The notes beneath the pieces were generated by a model. It searched no databases and had not been told where the DNA came from. It saw only the letters and a program-made list of their open reading frames with translations. From IMG/VR virus record IMGVR_UViG_3300017780_004600, positions 1-37,656 of that record: a stretch of DNA of 37,656 nucleotides; one strand, written 5' to 3'. Shown here in pieces: positions 19,819-28,961 of the stretch (the stretch's first letter is position 1; each line of letters begins with the position of its first letter). The position numbers and the translations under genes were made by a program. This DNA comes from a virus. Taxonomy: Duplodnaviria > Caudoviricetes.

Positions 19819-20289
19819 TTAAATATTAATAATAACAAAATCACTTTGGGCAAAAGTGTTTTTATCTGTTGAGTAGTCTATTTTAATTTTTGCAGTATAT
19901 TCTGAAGTCCCTTTTCCAGGAAATCGATAGATTGGTGATTCACTACTACCGATAGAGTTTTGACCTGTTGCAATATCTACTTCTTCTTGAGGGTCTGCAG
20001 GTGATATTGTAATATTATTTAATAGTAAATTTGGCATATAGTTTGAAACAGCTTCTCTAATGTCAGATTCAATTGCGTCAAAAGTAAGACCATCGAATGG
20101 TTCAAATAAGAACTCATATAATCTTGTTCCAAAGTCAGGTAAATAATATCTTGTACCTTTTCTGGTTAATAATAAATGAATTAAATCCGCCTTTACTTCT
20201 TGAGCTTCAAATTGAGTTAATTCCAAATAGTCTCCTCTTTTAGAATTTCTAAAAGGAAAATTAAGACCGTATGTCGTACCTGCTGCCAT
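19819..20289 (-). CDS. Baseplate wedge subunit gp25-like, sheath initiator (156 aa)
   Basis: LIHLLLTRKGTRYYLPDFGTRLYEFLFEP...IREAVSNYMP is the GPW/gp25 signature. Confidence 0.92.
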   Translation of the reverse strand: MAAGTTYGLNFPFRNSKRGDYLELTQFEAQEVKADLIHLLLTRKGTRYYLPDFGTRLYEFLFEPFDGLTFDAIESDIREAVSNYMPNLLLNNITISPADPQEEVDIATGQNSIGSSESPIYRFPGKGTSEYTAKIKIDYSTDKNTFAQSDFVIINI

Positions 20290-20319
20290 ATCTATAATTA
20301 TAGTGTTGTGGTTATTTCT

Positions 20320-20327
20320 TATAAATA
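20320..20327 (-). promoter_or_regulatory. Late-promoter-like box TATTTATA
   Basis: Immediately after the nrdA terminator, 30 nt upstream of the gp25 ATG; a variant TAATTATA lies at 20293-20300. Confidence 0.55.
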
Positions 20328-20330
20328 CCT

Positions 20331-20365
20331 AAAAATAAATAATCCCGACATTGCCGGGATTATTT
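20331..20365 (-). terminator. Intrinsic terminator after nrdA
   Basis: Inverted repeat aaataatcccg (20337-20347) / cgggattattt (20355-20365); minus-strand RNA ends in UUAUUUAUUUUU. Confidence 0.8.
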
Positions 20366-20371
20366 TAATAA

Positions 20372-22801
20372 TTAAGATGAACATCCAAAACAATCAATTT
20401 CAATACCTTCAGGTTTGGGTGGTAAATTCATGTTACTATAGTCTACTTTAGGGACTTCAACATTTTTAGGTTTTTGTACCTTTGAAATATCAACCGCTAA
20501 GTGTTTAGCTCCCGTTGATATAGCCTTTGTTCTTACATAATAACAAAGAGTTTTTAACCCCTTACCCCAAGAATGGAAGTGTGATGATGAAATCTTAGAT
20601 AATGTTGGATTAGACATATAGATATTCATTGATTGTGATTGGTCAATAAATGGTGCTCTGTCAGCCGACATATCAATAAGTTCTCTCTGAGATATCTCCC
20701 AAATTGTTTTGTATTTAGGAATCAAATGTTCAATTCTTTTAACTTTTTTATTGTAATTCTTATCTTCTGTATCAAGGTAATGATTAAAGTTAATATTTTG
20801 AATTGACCCTTCATTCATGATGATTTCATTTTTCAAATCTTCACACCACACTCCTAATTTTTCAAAATCACTAATTAAGTATTTGTTAACAATTAAGATT
20901 TCCCCTCCAACTACACGACGATTAAATAATGCTGAGTGAGCAGGTTCTGTCATTTCAAATGAACCTGTAATCTTAGCTGATGACGCCACTGGCATCTGAG
21001 CCGTGAATAATGAGTTACAAACCCCGTGATTAGACACTTCTAATTTAAGTGAATCCCAATCCCACATTCTACTTAACCCTTCGTAATCTAATCCCCACAT
21101 ATCAAATTGAAATTCCCCTTTTGACATTGGAGAACCTTTAAAAAATTTGTATGGTTTGTATTCTCCTGATTTACATAATTCCATACTCTCAGTGATTGCT
21201 GCAAAGTAGATAGTTTCAAAAATTTCTTTATTTAATTTTTTTGCTTCTCCTGATGTAAAAATATAATCCATTAAGTAAAATACGTCAGCAAGTCCTTGAG
21301 TACCAATAGCAATTGCTCTCTGTTCTAACCCACCTTTTCTACCTTGTTCTGTTGAATAGTTATTAATGTCAACAACTTTATTAAGTGCTCTAACAACCTT
21401 TCTAACCTCACTATAAAGTAATTTAAAATCAAATTCCCCTTTAATAATAAAGTTTTTCAATACCATAGACGATAATGTACAGATTGCTGTAGTGGTCTCA
21501 TCAGTGTATTGGTAAATCTCATTACATAAGTTAGATTGTTTAATCACCCCAATGTTTTGATGGTTTGTCTTTCTGTTAGCACTATCTTTAGAACATAAAT
21601 AAGGAACTCCTGTCTCAACTTGAGATTCAATAATCTTATTCCAAATTGTTTGAGCTTTTACTTTTTTACCTAAACCAAGTTCAACCGCTTTGTTGTAGTT
21701 TGATTCATACTCATCACCGTAAGCTTCTTGTAATGGTTTAATACCCGCTTTAACAATGTCGTTAGGACAGAATAAATACCAATCCCCATTGTCTTTAACT
21801 GCATTCATAAAGTTGTCAGGCAACCATATAGATGTAAACAAATCTCTCGCCCTCATCTCTTCAGCACCTGTGTTCTTTTTGATTTCAAGTAAATCCATAA
21901 TGTCCTTATGCCAAGGCTCAATGTAGATTGCAGCACTACCAGGTCTTCTTCCTTGTTGGTTGAAGAATCTTAACCCCTCATTAACAATTTTTAGGTATTT
22001 CAATAAACCACCTGCAAATCCACCTGATGAGTTAATACGACTCTCTTTACTACGAATGTTAGACATACATAACCCAATACCCGCAGCATCTGACGAATAA
22101 GTTGAAATGTCGTTAAATGTTTGTAGTAACCCTTCTCTTGAATCCCCGTTATTGTATTTCAACACACAAGACGCTAATTGAGGAGTTTTAGTTCCCGCAT
22201 TAATCATAATTGGTGTTGCAGGAGATATAAGTTGGTTTGACAGTGATTGGTAATATTCAACAGCCTGTTCAAAACTTTTAGTTACCCATAGAGCAACTCT
22301 CATGTACATGTGTTGTGGTCTTTCAATCGCTTTACCTTCAGGAGTTTTTAACAAATACATTTCCTGTAATGATTTCCACGCAAAATAATCAAAATTATAA
22401 TCATTCTCGTGATTAATTACTGAATCAATATTTTGAGGACCATATAGTTCAATAGTTTCCATTAACTTATCGTTAATGATACCATCTACGTGTAATGTGT
22501 GCATCGTGTTACAAAAACTTGCATCGGTTTCTTTGTGGTACGCCGAAATAGCAACTGAAGACGCTAGTCTTGAGTAATCGTGATGACTACCGGTATAAGC
22601 CGCTGCAATCTCGTAAACCAACTTATCCAACTCTTTTGTTGTAATAACACCTTCTGTCGGAACTGAAGTGATTACTTTGATAAACACCTCATCAGCGTTT
22701 ACCGTTAATCCTCTTGCCGCTCGCTTAACTCTATTGTATATTTTTTGAGGGTTGAACGAAACTTCGTCCCCGCCTCGTTTTTTTATCTTTAATGACATCA
22801 T
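20372..22801 (-). CDS. nrdA: Class Ia ribonucleotide reductase alpha subunit with N-terminal ATP cone
   Basis: IKKRGG ATP-cone start, ERPQHMYMRVA, PQLASC, SNLCNEI (N-C-E active site), AICTL, AQMPVASS, LKTLCYY, C-terminal CFGC. Start is 22801 or 22798. Confidence 0.97.
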   Translation of the reverse strand: MMSLKIKKRGGDEVSFNPQKIYNRVKRAARGLTVNADEVFIKVITSVPTEGVITTKELDKLVYEIAAAYTGSHHDYSRLASSVAISAYHKETDASFCNTMHTLHVDGIINDKLMETIELYGPQNIDSVINHENDYNFDYFAWKSLQEMYLLKTPEGKAIERPQHMYMRVALWVTKSFEQAVEYYQSLSNQLISPATPIMINAGTKTPQLASCVLKYNNGDSREGLLQTFNDISTYSSDAAGIGLCMSNIRSKESRINSSGGFAGGLLKYLKIVNEGLRFFNQQGRRPGSAAIYIEPWHKDIMDLLEIKKNTGAEEMRARDLFTSIWLPDNFMNAVKDNGDWYLFCPNDIVKAGIKPLQEAYGDEYESNYNKAVELGLGKKVKAQTIWNKIIESQVETGVPYLCSKDSANRKTNHQNIGVIKQSNLCNEIYQYTDETTTAICTLSSMVLKNFIIKGEFDFKLLYSEVRKVVRALNKVVDINNYSTEQGRKGGLEQRAIAIGTQGLADVFYLMDYIFTSGEAKKLNKEIFETIYFAAITESMELCKSGEYKPYKFFKGSPMSKGEFQFDMWGLDYEGLSRMWDWDSLKLEVSNHGVCNSLFTAQMPVASSAKITGSFEMTEPAHSALFNRRVVGGEILIVNKYLISDFEKLGVWCEDLKNEIIMNEGSIQNINFNHYLDTEDKNYNKKVKRIEHLIPKYKTIWEISQRELIDMSADRAPFIDQSQSMNIYMSNPTLSKISSSHFHSWGKGLKTLCYYVRTKAISTGAKHLAVDISKVQKPKNVEVPKVDYSNMNLPPKPEGIEIDCFGCSS

Positions 22802-22802
22802 A

Positions 22803-23753
22803 TTAAAAATCCTCCGTAAATGTTAATGATTCGCCTAATTTGGCTTTTTGATACTCCATAGTTCTTGATTCAAAGAAGTTACCTTTTGTTTCAACCGCAA
22901 TCTGTTCCATAAATTTAAATGGTTGTTCTACATTAAATTGTTTTTTACAACCAAATTTAACTAACAAACCATCTGTAACAAATTCAAGATATTGTTTCAT
23001 TAAGTTTGAATTCATACCAATTAATGATACTGGGATAGATTCTGTAATAAATTCTTTTTCAATTTCTAAAGCGGATAATAAGATTTCTCTAATTCTTTTC
23101 TCACTTGGTTTATTTTCAACATGATTATTAATCAAATGGATAGCAAAATCACAATGTAAATTCTCATCTTTAAATATAAGTGAATTAGCATTACATAACC
23201 CTTGCATTATCCCTCTTGATTTCAACCAAAAGATTGAACAGAATGAACCTGAGAAGAAAATACCTTCAACCGCAGCAAACGCAACCAATCTCTCTTGGAA
23301 TGTTGAATTTTCAATCCAATCCAAAGCCCATTTGGCTTTCTTTTGAACCGCAGGTAATTTATCAATAGCATGAAAACATTCATCTTTTTCGTTAGCGTCT
23401 GAAATATAAGTGTCAATCAATAATGAATACATTAAAGAGTGAATATTCTCCGCCATAAGTTGGAACCCGTAGAAGAATTTAGCTTCAGGGTATTGAACTT
23501 CTTTTAAGAAATTTTCTGCAAGGTTTTCGTTAACAATTCCGTCAGATGCCGCAAAGAATGACAATACATTCTTCACAAAAAATCTTTCATTATCTGTTAA
23601 ATTTTCCCAATCTCTAATGTCATTAGATAAATCAACTTCCTCTGCCGTCCAGAATGCAGCTTGATGTTGTTGGTAAAATTCCCATATATCGTTGTGTTCA
23701 ATAGGGAAAATCACAAATCTATTCGGATTTTCTTTTAATATTTTTTCTTCCAT
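22803..23753 (-). CDS. nrdB: Class Ia ribonucleotide reductase beta subunit
   Basis: [33 protein letters not shown] (radical Tyr present), [25 protein letters not shown]. Confidence 0.97.
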   Translation of the reverse strand: MEEKILKENPNRFVIFPIEHNDIWEFYQQHQAAFWTAEEVDLSNDIRDWENLTDNERFFVKNVLSFFAASDGIVNENLAENFLKEVQYPEAKFFYGFQLMAENIHSLMYSLLIDTYISDANEKDECFHAIDKLPAVQKKAKWALDWIENSTFQERLVAFAAVEGIFFSGSFCSIFWLKSRGIMQGLCNANSLIFKDENLHCDFAIHLINNHVENKPSEKRIREILLSALEIEKEFITESIPVSLIGMNSNLMKQYLEFVTDGLLVKFGCKKQFNVEQPFKFMEQIAVETKGNFFESRTMEYQKAKLGESLTFTEDF

Positions 23754-23756
23754 TTT

Positions 23757-25139
23757 TTAATTTTGTTTTAATTGTTCTTCTTTTTGTTTTCTTTTTTCCA
23801 TTAACTCCTTAACCCTATCCCTTTTTCTTTCCTCTTGTTGTTCTCCAAATCCTAAGAATGTTACTGAACTTTCAGTATCAATTTCTAACAACTCATTATT
23901 GAATTTACAATTTTCAAAAACTACACCGTCTTTACCAAGACGAGATTTTGTTATAGCAATTGTCGCTAAATTCATTTCTTTTTGTTGGAGAGTCTTAGCA
24001 ATAGAGATAATTACGTGACCAACCTGAGCCTTTTTAATTGACCCACCCATTTGGTCGGTAGTCACTACTTCAGATGAAATTGAAGACCTATTACCTTGTG
24101 TTGCGGTCCATCCTACTAAGTCCAGTTCATGACACATTGCTTCAAACCCTCTCATTACAGAACCTTCCGCTTTCCATTCATCTTTACTTGATGATTCAGG
24201 TAGTACACAGTCAATATAATCTAACATAATTAAATCAATTTTTGTACCATCAGCAATGATTTTTCTAACTTGATTTTTTAGTTGATTCATCGTCATACTA
24301 TCAGATGCCAATTTTTTCAAAATCAACTCATTTTTCATAGTCTCTTGAATTTCTGTTATTTTAGACATTACCTCATCTTTGTTTTTAACCAAATTATCTG
24401 GTTCAATCCCTGTCCAAAGTGTGAAGTGTTTTCTTTGAATAATTTTAGGATTGTCTTCAAAAAATACTTGAAGAACATTATACCCTAAATTAAATGCAGT
24501 ATTTGCTATTTTGGTTAAAATTGTTGTCTTACCAACCCCTGTTGGTGCTAAAATAACACCAATCTCGCCTTTAGCCAAACCACCCTTAAGTAGTCTGTCA
24601 ATACCCGGTATCCCCATAGGAATTGGGTGTCTATAATCTTCGTCCAATACGGTATCTAAATTAGCAAAGATATCTGTCTGTCCTTTGTCAATTACACCGA
24701 CTTGTAACGCATTTCTTACTAACCCTTCTACTTTATCGTATGATTCAAAATCACCTTCTGTAATAATTTTTTGAGCCTTATCCATCGCCTTCTGAAGTTC
24801 TTGTTGTTTACAGAATTTCAAAGCTTTCTCCTGAACAAATGTTGTACCCTCAAATGGAGCATCACTTACCTGTTTTAGAGTGTCTAAGACCACTTTTGCA
24901 ACTATTTCTTGACTAATTTCAGATTTAACAATTTGGTCAAGAGTTTCGAAATTGGGTGTAGATTCGTACTTTATGTAATATTCTTTAATCATTTGTAAAA
25001 TGATTTTAAAGTACTTATTGTCGAAGTACGACGACTCAATTACCTCCATAATAGAAGATGAAAAATCTTTATCTACTATAATTTGATTTAGTAATTGTAG
25101 TTGGAATGTATTCCCTAAATAATCGAAATTTTTGTTCAT
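23757..25139 (-). CDS. Replicative DNA helicase, DnaB / T4 gp41-like
   Basis: GIDRLLKGGL, Walker A APTGVGKT, Walker B IMLDYID, WTATQGNR, KSRLG arginine finger. Confidence 0.93.
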   Translation of the reverse strand: MNKNFDYLGNTFQLQLLNQIIVDKDFSSSIMEVIESSYFDNKYFKIILQMIKEYYIKYESTPNFETLDQIVKSEISQEIVAKVVLDTLKQVSDAPFEGTTFVQEKALKFCKQQELQKAMDKAQKIITEGDFESYDKVEGLVRNALQVGVIDKGQTDIFANLDTVLDEDYRHPIPMGIPGIDRLLKGGLAKGEIGVILAPTGVGKTTILTKIANTAFNLGYNVLQVFFEDNPKIIQRKHFTLWTGIEPDNLVKNKDEVMSKITEIQETMKNELILKKLASDSMTMNQLKNQVRKIIADGTKIDLIMLDYIDCVLPESSSKDEWKAEGSVMRGFEAMCHELDLVGWTATQGNRSSISSEVVTTDQMGGSIKKAQVGHVIISIAKTLQQKEMNLATIAITKSRLGKDGVVFENCKFNNELLEIDTESSVTFLGFGEQQEERKRDRVKELMEKRKQKEEQLKQN

Positions 25140-25177
25140 AAATTGTTTTAATGTTTAACTGTGTATTAATTAAATAG

Positions 25178-25630
25178 CTACTTACTTAGGTCAAATTCCA
25201 AATAATCGTAACTTAATTTATGATTTGAAAAAATGTCAGTTAATTCGCGAAGTACCTCTTTTAAAAGTGGTCGTACATCAACTGTATAACGAACTTTTGG
25301 TGGATAAAATTTTCCATCAAAAACTCTATGACAAATTGTCTGTTCCCCAAGTTTAACATAAATGTTAAAATCTTCAGGACCATCTGTATAAGATGTGTTC
25401 ATAATTGATTGGTCGTGGGCAATTGCTTCTTTATTGTCCATCATGTAAATTACGGTCTTCATTTTCAACGCGTATTGAAGCTCATCTTTTAGACTTAAAA
25501 TAAAATCATATAAATCGGTAGAGTTCTTTGCCTTTGGGTTATACCCTCTGACATTAAAGAATCTTTGAACTACAATGTTTTCATTCAGGGTCAAAAGGAA
25601 TTCCATTTTTGTACTGTCTTGTTCTCTCAT
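25178..25630 (-). CDS. Hypothetical protein (150 aa)
   Basis: ORF fills the gap between exonuclease and helicase; A-rich leader; no motif recognised. Confidence 0.75.
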   Translation of the reverse strand: MREQDSTKMEFLLTLNENIVVQRFFNVRGYNPKAKNSTDLYDFILSLKDELQYALKMKTVIYMMDNKEAIAHDQSIMNTSYTDGPEDFNIYVKLGEQTICHRVFDGKFYPPKVRYTVDVRPLLKEVLRELTDIFSNHKLSYDYLEFDLSK

Positions 25631-25636
25631 GTTTGT

Positions 25637-26638
25637 TTAATTTTTGTTTGTGTTTCTTTTTTCTTTTCTTGTTAATTTCATAAATGGTCGGAGGAAGTCT
25701 ACCCAAGCCTCGTCGTTTTTTGGAAGATATTTAAAGAGGCCATCTTCCATCATAAGTCTCATCAAATTTTTGTATCCTCTATCTGAGGGGTCTATGGTAT
25801 CTGTATAAATTTGTTCAACTAGTTGTTTACCTTCATCAGTAATGAGTGGTGTTCCAAGGTCTACAATCTTTCTATTCATCTTATAGAACTCTTCACCAAG
25901 TATACCATTTTTTGTTTTACCAATCAAAATATTCTCTAATGATTTTGGTTTTTTCTTTTGTTCGTTATTTCGAGCAATTTCCAATAAAATGTCCATATTA
26001 ACAGGCATTTTTTGAATATCAGGGAATAACTTAACTAAAGTTTTTTCACCTAAACCTTCAATACCATCAATATTATCAGACGAATCACCTGCAAAAATTT
26101 TACAAGTTAATACATTATAATGAGGTATTTCAACTTTATTTATGGTAACCATATCTCCTTGTTTAAAGTATCGTTTTAAGTTTGGTGAGTAAACGGATAC
26201 TTTGTCCGAGATAAGTTGCGTAAGGTCTTTATCTGACGAAAAAATAGTGATATCCTCATCAATTGCCATTTGACAATAATAAGCAATTAAATCATCAGCT
26301 TCATTATTAATCATCTCAACTTGTCTGACAAAGACTTCTTCAAGATATTCTTTAATACGAGCATTTTGTGTTAGATATGATTCAAGTTTATACTCGTTCA
26401 TATCATTTTTTCTTTTTCCTTTATATTGTGGATATAGTCCTTTCCGAACGGATGAACTATGTTCAGCGTCCCAAAAAACAACAACTTTATCATAGTTATG
26501 TTCTTCGAGAAATTTTCGAATTGTATTAATGAAGTGGTAAATTGCCCCTAAGTGACTTCCGTCGCTATAGAGGTCTTTTACTCCGTGGAATCCAATCTTC
26601 ATTAAGTTGGAACCATCTATTACTAATGTTTTAATCAC
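25637..26638 (-). CDS. 5'-3' exonuclease / flap endonuclease (T4 RNase H, PolI N-terminal domain-like)
   Basis: LVIDGSNL, VVFWDA, RKGLYPQYKG, EADDLIA, SSDKDLTQL, GDSSDNIDGIEGLGEKT; GTG start. Confidence 0.95.
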   Translation of the reverse strand: MIKTLVIDGSNLMKIGFHGVKDLYSDGSHLGAIYHFINTIRKFLEEHNYDKVVVFWDAEHSSSVRKGLYPQYKGKRKNDMNEYKLESYLTQNARIKEYLEEVFVRQVEMINNEADDLIAYYCQMAIDEDITIFSSDKDLTQLISDKVSVYSPNLKRYFKQGDMVTINKVEIPHYNVLTCKIFAGDSSDNIDGIEGLGEKTLVKLFPDIQKMPVNMDILLEIARNNEQKKKPKSLENILIGKTKNGILGEEFYKMNRKIVDLGTPLITDEGKQLVEQIYTDTIDPSDRGYKNLMRLMMEDGLFKYLPKNDEAWVDFLRPFMKLTRKEKRNTNKN

Positions 26639-26666
26639 AGTTGTGATTTAAAGGGTGAATAAATTA

Positions 26667-27671
26667 CTAATTGTCTTCTTTTTCTTCTTTTAGGTCAAAA
26701 TCACCATCTGTTCCGATGATTCCTTTCCAATAATCCGCGTACTCTTTTTTGTATTTTTCCAATGAGGTTTTTTCTTCAGCAGCATCTTTACCACCAATAA
26801 ATCCGTGTGGAGTGACAATTATTTTTCCATCATCATACCCTAAACCATTAATATGGTTTTTCATAACAGACACTTTTGTTCTTGATGCAAACTTAATTGT
26901 TCTTTTATCCTTAGTTGCAGTAATCTTAGTTGTACCAGCACCTTTTTGATTTCCATATAAAAAAACTAATGATGAGTTTAACCAAATAGCTTCACCACCT
27001 TTAGCTTTAATTTTTGGTTGTCCAAATGGATTATCAGGTAACTCAACCCAAGGTTGATTTACAATAATTAAAGTATTTTCATATTTAGAGTCAGCCTTAC
27101 GAGACCCTGAGATTCTTTGATTGATTCCCATACCAATCTTATCGGCTAATGTTGAAGCGTTGTGTTGTTTTCCACCCTTACCTTCAAAAGTCATTTTACA
27201 AGGGACAGAACCAACTGAATCCCACATAAAACATAAACTATAGTCTAAATTACCTTTTTCTTGTTCATCTAACAAATTATTAATATAGTCTGTTATTTGT
27301 TCAATATAACTAAAATTATTATTAAAAATATAAAATCCGTCCCAATCAAGTTCACCTGTTTCTTCATCAACAACTTCCTCACAGTCAAATCCCATAAGTT
27401 TTGCGTGTTCAAATGACCACTTTTGTTCTGTAATGATAAACACAGGAAGAATACCTTTTTTTTGGGCATCAACCGCTGTTTTAACCAAAGCAGTTGTTTT
27501 ACCTGTATCTGAATGCCCTAAAAACATATTTAAATGCCCAATTGCAGGACCAGGTAGACCCACAGCATCCAAAAAATCAGGACCTAAGTCAAAAAATCTT
27601 TGAGGTTTATATTTTGCCGATGTTGAGAATTTGTCTTTAATAGACTTAAAATCAGTTTTCTTGATTGCCAT
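26667..27671 (-). CDS. RecA/UvsX-like recombinase
   Basis: Walker A GHSDTGKTT, Walker B FMWDSVGS, IIVNQ, KGGEAI loop, KNH near the C-terminus. Confidence 0.9.
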   Translation of the reverse strand: MAIKKTDFKSIKDKFSTSAKYKPQRFFDLGPDFLDAVGLPGPAIGHLNMFLGHSDTGKTTALVKTAVDAQKKGILPVFIITEQKWSFEHAKLMGFDCEEVVDEETGELDWDGFYIFNNNFSYIEQITDYINNLLDEQEKGNLDYSLCFMWDSVGSVPCKMTFEGKGGKQHNASTLADKIGMGINQRISGSRKADSKYENTLIIVNQPWVELPDNPFGQPKIKAKGGEAIWLNSSLVFLYGNQKGAGTTKITATKDKRTIKFASRTKVSVMKNHINGLGYDDGKIIVTPHGFIGGKDAAEEKTSLEKYKKEYADYWKGIIGTDGDFDLKEEKEDN

Positions 27672-27954
27672 TTTCTATTCTTTTAATGTGTGGTAATTTA
27701 GTTGCTTTATTTCTATTATAGAAACTACTGTCTTCTTCGTAAAGAACTCCAATCTCTTCCTCATGAAGGGTTATTAATCTGAGATTTAACTCCCCATTCT
27801 CTCCTTCATCTTTTAACATAGCAAACAAAACTGTTTCACCAATTTGTTTAGCTCTACCTGAGAAGTATCCTTTATCTTTTAGTTGACTTAAGATTTCATA
27901 AGACAACATTTTATTATCCCTTAATTGTAGGTCAATTTCTTCTTTAAATGTCAT
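27652..27954 (-). CDS. Hypothetical protein (100 aa)
   Basis: Fills the gap between ssb and the recombinase, overlapping the recombinase start by 20 nt. Confidence 0.65.
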   Translation of the reverse strand: MTFKEEIDLQLRDNKMLSYEILSQLKDKGYFSGRAKQIGETVLFAMLKDEGENGELNLRLITLHEEEIGVLYEEDSSFYNRNKATKLPHIKRIENGNQEN

Positions 27955-27959
27955 GTGAT

Positions 27960-27999
27960 AAAATTAACATGTATGGTACCATAAAAGATACCATACATG
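27960..27999 (-). terminator. Hairpin after ssb; probable leaky terminator or stabilising stem
   Basis: catgtatggta (27968-27978) / taccatacatg (27989-27999); followed on the minus strand by UUAAUUUU. Confidence 0.65.
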
Positions 28000-28011
28000 A
28001 TGTTTGTGTTA

Positions 28012-28866
28012 TTAGAAAGGTAAATCTTCGTCAACCTCATCATTCGCTTGTGGGTCAACAGGTTTTGATTCATTTGATTTTTTACCACCAAAAGATTCTG
28101 TTTCTACTGAATTACTTTCGTAAGCGTATCCACCTTTTTCTGAATCCCATTTTGGAGTTTCTCCACGAGATATTGCTTCAAGATATTCAACAGGTTTTTT
28201 AGAATAAACATCTAACCAAGTTAATTCATCTTCAATCCAAGCCTTAGCTTGCGCCTTATCTTCATGAACAGGTGCTGGGTCATCATACATAATAGTCGAT
28301 ACCGCAGTATATTCCTTACCGTTTGGTGCTTTTGATTTATTTAATTCAATAACTAAATCACGACCTTTTTCAGCGTCAGTAATATCACCTTTGTTTCTCC
28401 AAATCGGAATGATTTTGTCTAAGATACCATCATTTTTGTAGTTGTGTTTGAATCTCCAAAATTTCACACCATCTTCTTCTCTATCTCTATCAATAACTTT
28501 TACGATATAGAATTTACGAGAACGATATTGAGCCGCCAATTGTTTGTCAGACTCTTTACCTGTTGCGATTAATTCTTCATAAACCTCATTCAATGGTGAA
28601 CGCTCATTGTCGTTTTTTCCTGGGTCGTAGAATTTTTGCCATTGTCCACCTACTTGGATTTCGTGGTACCATGCTTCTTTGAACGGTGAAGAACCGTCTA
28701 TTGTAGGAAGAATTCTTACTCTTCTTTGTCCTGATTTCTCTTTATCTGATAAGATTAAAGCGAAATACTTTTTCATTCTTTCGTCTTGCGACATTTTACT
28801 TTGGGCTCCGCCCGCTGATTGTTGTGATTTTTCGTACTGTGCCAATACGGCGTCTAATGAACTCAT
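28012..28866 (-). CDS. Single-stranded DNA-binding protein, T4 gp32-like
   Basis: RVRILP...PF...H, FYIVKVIDR...GVKFWRF, DITDAEKGRDL, acidic tail ending DEDLPF; sits next to recombinase and helicase. Confidence 0.85.
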   Translation of the reverse strand: MSSLDAVLAQYEKSQQSAGGAQSKMSQDERMKKYFALILSDKEKSGQRRVRILPTIDGSSPFKEAWYHEIQVGGQWQKFYDPGKNDNERSPLNEVYEELIATGKESDKQLAAQYRSRKFYIVKVIDRDREEDGVKFWRFKHNYKNDGILDKIIPIWRNKGDITDAEKGRDLVIELNKSKAPNGKEYTAVSTIMYDDPAPVHEDKAQAKAWIEDELTWLDVYSKKPVEYLEAISRGETPKWDSEKGGYAYESNSVETESFGGKKSNESKPVDPQANDEVDEDLPF

Positions 28867-28900
28867 GTTTTTTTAATTTTAAGTGATTATCTATCTGATA

Positions 28901-28932
28901 CAAATATAGGTTATAATGTGACTTTAGTCAAA
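28901..28932 (-). promoter_or_regulatory. Bacteroidota housekeeping-sigma promoter (-33 TTTG / -7 TAnnTTTG)
   Basis: Minus strand: TTTG (28932-28929), 20-nt spacer, TATATTTG (28908-28901), 34 nt before the ssb ATG. Confidence 0.8.
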
Positions 28933-28933
28933 T

Positions 28934-28958
28934 AAAAAAGGTGTCTCTTGACACCTTT
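28934..28958 (-). terminator. Intrinsic terminator ending the hub operon
   Basis: Minus strand AAAGGTGTC-AAGA-GACACC-TTTTTT just after the stop at 28962. Confidence 0.88.
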
Positions 28959-28961
28959 ATT

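Noticed and set aside
17975-20289. Bacterial eCIS, tailocin or T6SS locus
   Set aside because: Baseplate genes are interleaved with phage-type SSB, recombinase, helicase and RNR, with no bacterial housekeeping or T6SS membrane-complex genes.
20372-23753. Eukaryotic giant virus origin suggested by the RNR
   Set aside because: Contractile-tail baseplate genes, overlapping operons, intrinsic terminators and a bacterial promoter indicate a bacteriophage.
25178-26669. Stop-codon reassignment (TAG at 25178 and 26667; TGA at 3035 and 27652)
   Set aside because: Genes up to 7.7 kb are uninterrupted in the standard code, and both TAG stops are followed by an in-frame TAA within four codons.
20372-27671. 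Introns, inteins or homing endonucleases in nrdA, nrdB, helicase or recombinase
   Set aside because: All have normal lengths, contiguous motifs and no intein terminal signatures.
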